DNA of 64,000 nt. Origin: Candidatus Gastranaerophilales bacterium. Its GTDB lineage: Bacteria; Cyanobacteriota; Vampirovibrionia; Gastranaerophilales; Gastranaerophilaceae. The DNA lies in the NCBI GenBank assembly GCA_944325895.1, contig CALVCA010000001.1, forward strand, positions 91,165-155,164, written 5' to 3'. How positions within the stretch are numbered: position 1 is the first letter of the stretch; each line of letters opens with the position of its first letter. The position numbers and the translations under genes are program-made. Below, in pieces: positions 38,544-46,293 of this stretch. The notes below the pieces were generated by a model. It was not told where the DNA came from, did not search any database, and saw only the letters and a list, made by a program, of their open reading frames with translations.

Positions 38544-39507
38544 GCTGTTTTAAATTATTACGGGCTGATTGACGCTTTTTACCGCTGATTTTTACAATAT
38601 TACGGTTATGTAAAACCTTTTGAGAGGTTTCTCGTTTTAAGCCTTCATTTTTTACTTTTTCCTTAAATTCCTTTGCCTCGTTAACAAAATCCAAATAACT
38701 CTCGTAACGTGTCTTTTCTATCTTATCTATATTTGACAAAACATTACATCCGTCCTCATAAATATGCAAACAGTCCGCATATTTACAACCCTCAGCCAAG
38801 TCTTTAATCTCAACAAAAAGCAATCCGACATCTTTTGGCATTAAAAAATCAAACTTTACATTACTGAACCCGGGAGTATCAACTATCTTAGCAGAATCAT
38901 TTATTTTTATAATCTGACAATGACGGGTTGTATGTGTTCCTCTGCCGCTTTTTTCACTGATACTCTTTGTTTTTAATTTCAAATCAGGGGCTATTGCATT
39001 TATAAGACTGGATTTTCCAACGCCTGACGTACCGCATAAAACACTTGTTTTATCTTTCAAAATATCAAAAAATTTATCCAATCCAAAATGTCTTGTTGCC
39101 GATGTAAATACTATTTTAAATCCTAAAGGTTCATAAATATCTGAAATCCTGTCAAGCAATACGCTGTCAGAACACAAATCGTCTTTATTAAAACACAATA
39201 TTGTTTCTAAATTATAAAATCTTGCCAGTGCAATGAAACGATTGAGCTGCTTGAAACTTAAATCAGGTTCTTTTAATGCGGAAACAACTATAACTTGATC
39301 CAAATTAGCCACACCGGGACGTAAAATGAAATTTTTTCTCGGATAGCAGCCTGTTATATATCCTGCGTCAAATTCAACAAAATCACCTGTTATAATACTT
39401 TGCTTTTGCTTTTTTAAAACTTCTCTCACTTTGCATTCATAAGAATTTACGCCGTCATCAACGTAGTAAAAATCCGAATGAATTTTATAGACCTGTCCCT
39501 TTGCCAT
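38512..39507 (-). CDS. rsgA: Ribosome small-subunit-dependent GTPase A (RsgA/YjeQ)
   Basis: OB-fold N-terminus, circularly permuted GTPase (NKDD...GTSGVGKSSLINA), C-terminal zinc knuckle CKYADCLHIYEDGC. Confidence 0.9.
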   Translation of the reverse strand: MAKGQVYKIHSDFYYVDDGVNSYECKVREVLKKQKQSIITGDFVEFDAGYITGCYPRKNFILRPGVANLDQVIVVSALKEPDLSFKQLNRFIALARFYNLETILCFNKDDLCSDSVLLDRISDIYEPLGFKIVFTSATRHFGLDKFFDILKDKTSVLCGTSGVGKSSLINAIAPDLKLKTKSISEKSGRGTHTTRHCQIIKINDSAKIVDTPGFSNVKFDFLMPKDVGLLFVEIKDLAEGCKYADCLHIYEDGCNVLSNIDKIEKTRYESYLDFVNEAKEFKEKVKNEGLKRETSQKVLHNRNIVKISGKKRQSARNNLKQLVYKEIENDE

Positions 39508-39547
39508 TACAAAGTTTATAATAACATAAAATCACACTCTTAACAAA

Positions 39548-39988
39548 TTATTTTAACGCTTTGATAACATCATCCGTTATATCATCCGTGCCATATAAAA
39601 CAAAGCCTTTTGATATTACCAAATCATAGCCTTTTTCTTTTGCTAGTGATTCAATTACTTTTGAAATAGTTTTTTCTATTTCTTCAAATTTTTTATTGTA
39701 ATCTTTATCCAAATTTTCTTTTTTAGCTAAAAATTCATTATGATATTTCTCGTCCAATTTCTTTTTCTTTTCTATATCAGTTGTTTTAGCGACATCTTTT
39801 CTCGCCTTGTCAATAAAAGCCAATATTTCTTTAGCTTTTGCATTTTGTTCTTCTTTAAGCATTTTTACCTGTTTTGACGTATTAACAACCTTTACCAAAT
39901 CCACAAAAGCAACTTCAGTAGCATTAACACTATTTATCGCAAGTAACAAAGCCAAAAAAATCCCCGAAATTCTTAAAATCTTTTTCAT
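39548..39988 (-). CDS. OmpH/Skp-family periplasmic chaperone
   Basis: Signal peptide, ~145 aa, Lys/Glu-rich coiled arms, VAFVDLVKV start and C-terminal DITDDVIKALK typical of OmpH. Confidence 0.8.
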   Translation of the reverse strand: MKKILRISGIFLALLLAINSVNATEVAFVDLVKVVNTSKQVKMLKEEQNAKAKEILAFIDKARKDVAKTTDIEKKKKLDEKYHNEFLAKKENLDKDYNKKFEEIEKTISKVIESLAKEKGYDLVISKGFVLYGTDDITDDVIKALK

Positions 39989-40189
39989 GTTTTCTCCTCT
40001 TTCTGAATGAGTTTATATTACAAAATATCTGTTAAAATTACGTTATATTATTTACAAGAAAGAAATAATATTCTATAATAATATCAGGTAAAAAATTTTT
40101 GTGCCTGAAAGTGAATTTTTGTAAATAAATTTTGAAAAAGTAGCAAAAAAAATTTGTTCGCACGTTATAGCATGCGAGAAGGAAATTAA

Positions 40190-42139
40190 ATGAAAAAGGT
40201 GATCACTAAAAAAATATTAATGAGTACAATTGCAGCAATGACTTTATGCTGTACAAGTGCATATGCAGCCGGGCTTGATTATCAGCAAGTAATAGAATCA
40301 GTACCCGGAGCGACAAGGGATGCCGGACAGAATATTAAACACGAATTAGATACGCGTGAATTTGAGCAAAAGCGTCAAGATGCACGAACAGAATATGAGA
40401 AGTATCAAGAGCATCGTGAGGATCAAGGTACAGGCGGGAAAAGCACCGTTATTCAGGGAGCACCCGAAGGCAGCGGCGAGGTTATAAGAGCTAAAGTTGA
40501 AGAGCTTGAATCTAAAGGTGTTTTTGTTAACACAATTGAAGTTGCCGCATCAGAAATTTTAACAAGAGAAGAAATTGAACCGATTATATCAAAATATGCA
40601 GGCAAAAACCTTTTTATAACAGATATTCAACAAATGATTGATGAAATCAATGCTCTGTACGCTAAAAAAGGTTTTGTAACGGCAAGAGCATATCTTCCCG
40701 AACAAGAAGTAGCAAACGGGGCAATATATGTCGGCTTAATCGAAAGCCGTATCGGAAAAGTTACAATAGACGGCAACAGATGGACAAAATCCGACTATAT
40801 TTTAGACAGAATTCCCGATAAAGAACATCAATTATTTGATATTGTAAAACTGGAAAAAGATGTACTTGATTTTAACCGTTACAATGAAGGTGTAAAATTA
40901 TCAGCAAACCTAAAAGCAGGTGAAAAAGAAGGTACAACAGACATTGAATTGTCAGCGGAAGAAAAATTCCCGTTCCACATAATCGGTATGATGGACAATG
41001 CCGGCCGTTATTCAACAGGTAAATTGAGAGGCGGTCCGATGCTTGTTGCAGACAGCTTGTTCGGCTATCGTGACAGAATGCAGTTAGGGTCGTATTTCAG
41101 CGGCGGCTCTGTCAGCCCGTTCTTTGATTATAATATTCCCGTTAACAAATATGACGGACGTGTAGGTTTCAGCTACGGGTCAACATTTGCTAATGTTAAA
41201 TGGGGTCCGTATTCAAATTTAGGACTTAACACCCGCTCTTATATCTATTCATTGTACTATTCACAACCGATTAAAAGAACTCAAGGATTTGAGCTGAAAG
41301 GGTACGGGTCATTAAACTACAAACGTGTATTCACAGGCATGGATGCCTTAAGACCGTTTACAGGAAGTTCAGAGCTTGATTTGGATCAGGTAACAAGTGC
41401 AGATGTAGGGTTTAACATCAGAAAAGACACTAAACGTGGTATTTGGTACTTGAACCAAAACGCATCAATGGCATTTCCGATATTTGACAGTCAATCAAGC
41501 TATTTCAAATATTCAGGCGGATTGTTAAGATTACACGACTTTTCGCACGGTATATACGGACAAATACGTGCTAACTATCAAGTAATACCTAACAGCAAAG
41601 ATATACCGTACATCGATCAATTCCAAACAGGCGGTTTGGTAACTGTCAGAGGTTACTCAGAAGGTTTGTTAATCGGTAAAAACGGTTACTTTGTAAGTGC
41701 TGATTTAATATTCCCGCTTTTACCAAGACAAATTACAAGCCCGAGATCAGGCGAAAAAATTCCGTTTTTGGGTAAATACGTCCAAGGTGTAGTATTTGCG
41801 GATCAAGCCGGTGTATTCCCGTCAACAAACCGTGATGTATATGACGGAAGCTACTTTTTGGCATCACTCGGTATGGGGTTAAGAGTACAACTGCCCGGTG
41901 ATTTGAGTGCAAGACTCTACTGGGGCTATCCGCTAATTAATAACGCATATGAATATGACCGTCAAATGGGGCGTTTCCACTTCGAACTTGTGTTTGAACC
42001 CAGTATAGATAAATTGTTAAAAAGAAATTCCGTAGCTGCAAAAGTAGTTCCGCAGGTACAAAAAGAAATTCAGGAAGAATATATTAACAATTACGACGAT
42101 GTAAGACACTACGACTACTTCTATGACGGTGCATTGTAA
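40190..42139 (+). CDS. ShlB/FhaC/HecB-family TpsB outer-membrane transporter (POTRA plus beta-barrel)
   Basis: Signal peptide. POTRA region (ILTREEIEPIISKYAGKNLFITDIQQMIDEINALYAKKGFVTARAYLPEQEVANGAIYVGLIESRIGKVTIDGN). C-terminal barrel ending ...GRFHFELVF... region. Confidence 0.85.
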   Translation: MKKVITKKILMSTIAAMTLCCTSAYAAGLDYQQVIESVPGATRDAGQNIKHELDTREFEQKRQDARTEYEKYQEHREDQGTGGKSTVIQGAPEGSGEVIRAKVEELESKGVFVNTIEVAASEILTREEIEPIISKYAGKNLFITDIQQMIDEINALYAKKGFVTARAYLPEQEVANGAIYVGLIESRIGKVTIDGNRWTKSDYILDRIPDKEHQLFDIVKLEKDVLDFNRYNEGVKLSANLKAGEKEGTTDIELSAEEKFPFHIIGMMDNAGRYSTGKLRGGPMLVADSLFGYRDRMQLGSYFSGGSVSPFFDYNIPVNKYDGRVGFSYGSTFANVKWGPYSNLGLNTRSYIYSLYYSQPIKRTQGFELKGYGSLNYKRVFTGMDALRPFTGSSELDLDQVTSADVGFNIRKDTKRGIWYLNQNASMAFPIFDSQSSYFKYSGGLLRLHDFSHGIYGQIRANYQVIPNSKDIPYIDQFQTGGLVTVRGYSEGLLIGKNGYFVSADLIFPLLPRQITSPRSGEKIPFLGKYVQGVVFADQAGVFPSTNRDVYDGSYFLASLGMGLRVQLPGDLSARLYWGYPLINNAYEYDRQMGRFHFELVFEPSIDKLLKRNSVAAKVVPQVQKEIQEEYINNYDDVRHYDYFYDGAL

Positions 42140-42780
42140 TGAGTATATTCATTACGGCAACGGGTACTGATGTCGGAAAAACCTATGTAAGCGGGCTTTT
42201 GGTAAAAAGTTTGCGTGATAACGGCATAAATTGCGGGTATTACAAACCTGTTTTGAGCGGAGCGGAAAACGGAGTTTTGGGCGATTGTAAATATGTCACG
42301 GACATATCCGGGCTTGACGGTAACCCGGCAGATTATGTATCATATGTATTTGAACCTGCCGTATCGCCTCATTTCGCCGCTAAAATGAATAATGTCGGGA
42401 TATCTTTGGATAAAATAAAAGAAGATTTTAACAAAATTCAATCAAAATTTGATTATGTTGTGGTTGAAGGAGCAGGCGGAATAACTTGTCCCCTAAATTT
42501 AAACGGACTTCTAATATCCGATGTTATAAAAGCTTTGAATTTAGAGATAATAATCGTTGCAGAATCAGGATTAGGGACAATAAATTCAACCTTATTAACT
42601 GTTGAATACGCAAAACACCGTAATATCGGCATAAAAGGGATAATATTAAACCGTTTTGACAAAACAAATCCAATGCATATTGATAACAAAAAATCAATTG
42701 AATATCTGACAGGAATAAAAGTTTTGGCGGAAATAGAGGAGAATCAGACTAAATGGGAAATTGGGCAGAAAAAGATTTAA
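42139..42780 (+). CDS. bioD: Dethiobiotin synthetase BioD
   Basis: P-loop-like ATGTDVGKTYVSG and the VVVEGAGG motif. Its ATG overlaps the TpsB stop by 1 nt (TAATG). Confidence 0.88.
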   Translation: MSIFITATGTDVGKTYVSGLLVKSLRDNGINCGYYKPVLSGAENGVLGDCKYVTDISGLDGNPADYVSYVFEPAVSPHFAAKMNNVGISLDKIKEDFNKIQSKFDYVVVEGAGGITCPLNLNGLLISDVIKALNLEIIIVAESGLGTINSTLLTVEYAKHRNIGIKGIILNRFDKTNPMHIDNKKSIEYLTGIKVLAEIEENQTKWEIGQKKI

Positions 42781-44090
42781 AATATATTTGGCATCCGTGC
42801 TCGCAAATGAAAGATTACGAGGAATTACCGCCAATTGTAATTGACCATGCCAAAGGACTTTATCTATACGATATTGAAGGGAACCGCTATGCAGATGTTG
42901 TAAGCTCGTGGTGGTGCAACCTTTTAGGACATTGTAATCCGAGGATAAATAAGGCTGTCAAAACTCAAATAGATAAACTTGAGCATGTAATTTTTGCAAA
43001 TTTTACACATAAACCGGTTATAACTCTGTGTGAAAAACTCGCAAAAATATTACCGGAAGGTTTATGTAAATTCAATTTTACAGACAACGGATCATCGGCA
43101 ATTGAAGCAGCAATGAAAGCCAGTTTTCAATACCACTATCAAACCGGTAATCCGCAAAAGAAACGATTTATGGCACTTACAGATGCTTATCACGGCGAAA
43201 CAATCGGAGCACTTTCCGTTGGCGGAGTTGATTTGTATTCCGAAATATATAAACCCATTTTACTTGATATAATCAGAATACAAGGTCCTGATTGTTTCAG
43301 ATGTCCATACGGTAAATGCCGTGATAACTGTGAATGCGAATGTTTTGAGCATGCCGAAAAAATGTTTGAACAATTCGGAGATGAAACATCAGCAATACTT
43401 GTTGAGCCGCTTTTACAGGGATCTGCGGGGATGAAAATATATCCGCCTTTATATTTAAAAAAACTGCGTAAGTTGTGTGATGAATATAAAGTTCATTTAA
43501 TAGCAGATGAAATAGCAACCGGCTACGGCAGAACAGGTAAAATGTTTGCCTGTAATCATGCAGAAATTACACCTGATTTTATGTGTCTTTCAAAAGGTTT
43601 GACCGGCGGATACATGCCTATGGCAGTATTTGTAACCACACAAAAAATTTACGATGCGTTTTATGCAGATTACAATGAAAACAAAGCCTTCATGCACTCA
43701 CATACATATAGCGGGAACCCGCTTGCCGCAGCTGCCGCCGTTGAAGTTTTGAATATTTTTGAAGACGAAAATATCTTAAAAAAAGCAAATGAAAAAGCCG
43801 TATATTTTAACAAAATAATTAAAGATAAATTTTTGACATTAAAAAACGTAGGCGAAGTACGCTCTATCGGGCTGATTAACGCAATAGAACTGGTAAAACA
43901 TGATAAAGTCCCGTTTGACAGCAAACTCAGAATAGGTTATCAAATTTACAAAAAAGCACTTAAAAATGGAGTGCTGCTGCGGCCTTTAGGCAACGTAATC
44001 TACTTTAATCCGCCCTTGATTATAGATGATATGGATTTTGTGACGGATGTAGCTTTTAAGTGCACTAAAGAAATTTTGCACAACAATTAA
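42753..44090 (+). CDS. bioA: Adenosylmethionine-8-amino-7-oxononanoate aminotransferase BioA
   Basis: Class-III aminotransferase with LIADEIATGYGRTGKMFA, a PLP lysine context (CLSKGLTGGY) and WHP N-terminus. Confidence 0.9.
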   Translation: MGNWAEKDLKYIWHPCSQMKDYEELPPIVIDHAKGLYLYDIEGNRYADVVSSWWCNLLGHCNPRINKAVKTQIDKLEHVIFANFTHKPVITLCEKLAKILPEGLCKFNFTDNGSSAIEAAMKASFQYHYQTGNPQKKRFMALTDAYHGETIGALSVGGVDLYSEIYKPILLDIIRIQGPDCFRCPYGKCRDNCECECFEHAEKMFEQFGDETSAILVEPLLQGSAGMKIYPPLYLKKLRKLCDEYKVHLIADEIATGYGRTGKMFACNHAEITPDFMCLSKGLTGGYMPMAVFVTTQKIYDAFYADYNENKAFMHSHTYSGNPLAAAAAVEVLNIFEDENILKKANEKAVYFNKIIKDKFLTLKNVGEVRSIGLINAIELVKHDKVPFDSKLRIGYQIYKKALKNGVLLRPLGNVIYFNPPLIIDDMDFVTDVAFKCTKEILHNN

Positions 44091-44214
44091 TACATTTAAT
44101 AAATGTAACCTTAACACTTTTACCAACCTGAACTGAAGTATACGTCGATTAAATATAGCCCAATCGGGTAAGAAACAAAACCGAATTACAAACGTCTATA
44201 TAACTATAGAAGTT

Positions 44215-44310
44215 TTATCCTTCTGTTGTTAATTCTTCCCAAATGCTTGGTACAACAATTAATGCAGTATAAACGATAAAACCAAAGAGGATCAAGTTAA
44301 TAGCTTCCAT
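44215..44310 (-). CDS. Candidate 31-aa hydrophobic peptide (below the ORF-track length cutoff)
   Basis: SD GGAGAG 5 nt upstream of the ATG (44308-44310, minus strand). Translation MEAINLILFGFIVYTALIVVPSIWEELTTEG is one TM helix with an acidic tail. Isolated between bioA and a plus-strand gene. Confidence 0.4.
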   Translation of the reverse strand: MEAINLILFGFIVYTALIVVPSIWEELTTEG

Positions 44311-44398
44311 GACAACTCTCCTTTCAATAGATATTATACCCATGTTGAAAGAAAAAATAACATAGTAAAAGATTTTTAGTTATAATGAGGAAACAGAT

Positions 44399-44704
44399 AT
44401 GGAAAAGAAATTAAAAGTATTATTTGAGAATTTATGCTGTTCGCACTGTAAAAACAGTTTTGATGAGGAGTCATTCAAAGTGCAGCGTACGGACATGGGA
44501 CTGGTTGTGGTAAAGATAGAATGCAGACACTGCGGAAAGAGTTTTGGGATAGCATTATTAGGTGTAATGGGACTGACAATAAAGGAACCGTTGGAAATTC
44601 AGCAGGGTCCTGAACCAATAACATACGATGATGTAATAGATGCACACAAATTTATCCAAAATTTGGACGAACACTGGCAGAATTACATACAGAAAGATGA
44701 GTAA
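44399..44704 (+). CDS. Small zinc-ribbon protein, unknown function
   Basis: SD GAGGAAA. CSHCKN...CRHCGK (CxxC...CxxC). 101 aa. Confidence 0.6.
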   Translation: MEKKLKVLFENLCCSHCKNSFDEESFKVQRTDMGLVVVKIECRHCGKSFGIALLGVMGLTIKEPLEIQQGPEPITYDDVIDAHKFIQNLDEHWQNYIQKDE

Positions 44705-44711
44705 AAAAAAG

Positions 44712-44740
44712 TTGACAATAAATTTTTTTCCTGCTAAACT
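44712..44740 (+). promoter_or_regulatory. Sigma70-type promoter for tRNA-Lys
   Basis: TTGACA (44712-44717), exact 17-nt spacer, TAAACT (44735-44740), about 14 nt upstream of the mature tRNA 5' end. Confidence 0.55.
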
Positions 44741-44754
44741 TAGAACATACACTA

Positions 44755-44827
44755 GCGCTTGTAGCTCAGCAGGTAGAGCACTCCCCTTTTAAGGGATAGG
44801 TCGCGCGTTCGAATCGCGCCAAGCGCA
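44755..44827 (+). tRNA. tRNA-Lys (anticodon UUU)
   Basis: Manual cloverleaf: acceptor GCGCTTG/CAAGCGC; D arm GCTC-AGCAGGTA-GAGC; anticodon arm CTCCC-CTTTTAA-GGGAT with one C:U mismatch at 27:43; T arm GCGCG-TTCGAAT-CGCGC; discriminator A. No encoded CCA. Confidence 0.92.
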
Positions 44828-44842
44828 AAATAAAAGAGGTCT
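44826..44842 (+). repeat. Left copy of a perfect 17-bp direct repeat CAAAATAAAAGAGGTCT
   Basis: Exact match to 45344-45360. It starts in the last 2 nt of tRNA-Lys and covers the 5' arm of its terminator. Confidence 0.9.
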
Positions 44843-44865
44843 ATTTAGACCTCTTTTATTTTGCT
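44832..44865 (+). terminator. Intrinsic terminator after tRNA-Lys
   Basis: AAAAGAGGTCT-attt-AGACCTCTTTT followed by ATTTTG. Confidence 0.8.
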
Positions 44866-44869
44866 ATTT

Positions 44870-45050
44870 AGCCAAGATGAAAATGCTTGATGCGAAAGCA
44901 TCATCTGACGTTCGAGCACGGCAGAGGGCAAATGCCTTATCAAAGCGTTCGGCGAAAGTGACACAAATCCAGATAGCGAACGTAACGAGCCGGCTTAGCC
45001 CGCAAGGCATTGAGGCAAGCAACAGTGCGGAGAGTCTGTAAAGAACAAAT
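44870..45050 (+). other. Compositionally anomalous GC-rich segment: either an unclassified structured RNA or a foreign 54-codon ORF (44877..45041)
   Basis: Nested hairpin AGATGA(44875-80)/TCATCT(44901-06) with TGCTT/AAGCA inside. Long-range ACGTTCG(44908-14)/CGAACGT(44977-83), with a competing GCGTTCG(44945-51). AATGCC(44931-36)/GGCATT(45006-11). GCATTG/CAGTGC hairpin (45007-28). GAAA and GCAA loops. The ORF MKMLDAKASSDVRARQRANALSKRSAKVTQIQIANVTSRLSPQGIEASNSAESL uses codons that look rare in the rest of the window (CGA, CGG, AGG, GCG, TCG, CCG) and lacks an SD. Confidence 0.3.
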
Positions 45051-45102
45051 CCTTTGTTTGAAATATTACATATTCAATAAAGATTACTTAGATGTATTAT
45101 TA

Positions 45103-45306
45103 ATGTTTGAAATTCACATGGGCAGAAATATAAAAGGAATTTTAGAATTTCCGCATTTTACTGAAAAAACGTCAGTTAGAACGATTCTACTGGCAATAAA
45201 GGATTTACGACCGGATTTGTTAGATATTGACCCGAATAAAGACGATGAGATGGAATATTTTTATATAGCAACAGTGAATAATATACTTAATAAAACTTTA
45301 CGATAA
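45103..45306 (+). CDS. Doubtful small ORF (67 aa from ATG 45103; the track ORF begins at 45010)
   Basis: Open frame only. No SD before either ATG (45103 or 45118) and no family recognised. Confidence 0.25.
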   Translation: MFEIHMGRNIKGILEFPHFTEKTSVRTILLAIKDLRPDLLDIDPNKDDEMEYFYIATVNNILNKTLR

Positions 45307-45343
45307 AGCAATTTTTAAGGTTTATAATACTTAAGTATAAGAA

Positions 45344-45360
45344 CAAAATAAAAGAGGTCT
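45344..45360 (+). repeat. Right copy of the perfect 17-bp direct repeat CAAAATAAAAGAGGTCT
   Basis: Exact match to 44826-44842. It lacks the complementary terminator arm and abuts the stop of the 242-aa minus-strand gene. Confidence 0.9.
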
Positions 45361-45367
45361 GATAGTT

Positions 45368-46096
45368 CTATGAACCGTAAACTACCTGAAATCTGCTTTT
45401 GACAAACCACTTGTCTAACTTTATATTTTTTGCATTTAAAGACAAAATATTGCCGTCGACTTTTTCAAGATTTTTCAAATCAATATCTTTTGAATTGCGA
45501 AGATCCACATTCAAAGCTGTTTCAAGGTTACTCAAATTAATATTCTTTGCTTCAAAAAGATTAACATTCCAGGCTGATTTAAGGCTGCTTAAATTTACAT
45601 CCTGAGCATCTCTGAGATTAATATCGCCAACTGATTTAAGTTTACACAAATTTATACCTTTTGATTTTCTGAGAGCAATTTCACAATCAGAATCAAGACT
45701 GCTTAAATCTACATTTTCAGCTCTTCTAAGATCTACACTGTCAGCAGTTTTAAGTTTTTTTAAATTAATATTTTTTGCACCGTGAAAGTCAAGATGACCT
45801 GCTGTTTCAAGGTTACAAAATTCTAAATTTTGGGCATTGCCGAAATCTCCGTATTCTTCAATACATTTAATTTTTTCTACTAATTTATTTTCATCAATTC
45901 CAAAACTCGAAAATTTATATTGTTTATCACCTATTTCAGGCTGCATATAATAAGACAACGTAAAAAATCCGTCTGCATCTTTTCTGTTTTCAATGCCGAA
46001 ATAATTAAATATTTTTTCAACGTCATTATTTTTCACGGCTTCTTTTAAATCTGATTTAACTTTTTTAATTGTTTTATCAACAGAGCCAAAAGACAC
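45368..46096 (-). CDS. Repeat protein with ~20-residue Leu/Asn-rich units (LRR- or pentapeptide-like, unclassified)
   Basis: C-terminal half reads NINLKKLKTADSVDLRRAE / NVDLSSLDSDCEIALRKSKG / INLCKLKSVGDINLRDAQD / VNLSSLKSAWNVNLFEAKN / INLSNLETALNVDLRNSKD / IDLKNLEKVDGNILSLNAKN. GTG start with no clear SD, so the start is uncertain. Confidence 0.6.
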   Translation of the reverse strand: MSFGSVDKTIKKVKSDLKEAVKNNDVEKIFNYFGIENRKDADGFFTLSYYMQPEIGDKQYKFSSFGIDENKLVEKIKCIEEYGDFGNAQNLEFCNLETAGHLDFHGAKNINLKKLKTADSVDLRRAENVDLSSLDSDCEIALRKSKGINLCKLKSVGDINLRDAQDVNLSSLKSAWNVNLFEAKNINLSNLETALNVDLRNSKDIDLKNLEKVDGNILSLNAKNIKLDKWFVKSRFQVVYGS

Positions 46097-46254
46097 TGTA
46101 TCGCATTTTAACGGGGCTAAATTTTGAGATTTACGGGGATAAATAAACAGAAACCGGGGTAATAGAATTAACCTGCATTTTTTCTACTTTTACCTCACTT
46201 AAAACACATAAACATTATTTTTTGCGTTTAAACTAATTTTAGCTTTACAAAAAT

Positions 46255-46281
46255 TTAAAAAAGCCTCTAAAAAAGAGGCTT
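46255..46281 (-). terminator. Intrinsic terminator after hydG
   Basis: AAGCCTCT-ttttt-AGAGGCTT on the minus strand, followed by TTTTA. Confidence 0.7.
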
Positions 46282-46293
46282 AATAACATTTTC

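Noticed and set aside
44215-44310. Similarity of the 31-aa peptide to small single-helix subunits of photosynthetic or respiratory complexes (PsbM-like MEVNIL...LVPT pattern).
   Set aside because: The peptide is too short and hydrophobic for eye-level similarity to mean anything, and there is no supporting gene context.
44870-45050. Assignment of the GC-rich element to a known RNA class: c-di-GMP-I/GEMM riboswitch (CACGGCAGAGGGCAAA and CCGCAAGGC resemble core strings), cobalamin riboswitch (AAATCC, CCCGCAA, AGTGCGGAGAG) or RNase P RNA (CCGGCTTA).
   Set aside because: Only short string similarities exist. Spacing between the elements does not fit the consensus architectures as I remember them. 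Essential blocks are missing, e.g. GAGGAAAGTCC for RNase P and a proper B12 box. No plausible regulated gene follows. The element is left unclassified pending cmscan.
45010-45102. N-terminal extension of the 98-aa track ORF (TTG start at 45010).
   Set aside because: The extension lies inside the GC-rich structured segment, begins at a non-ATG codon without an SD and changes composition abruptly at ~45060. Even the shorter ATG-initiated version is kept only at low confidence.
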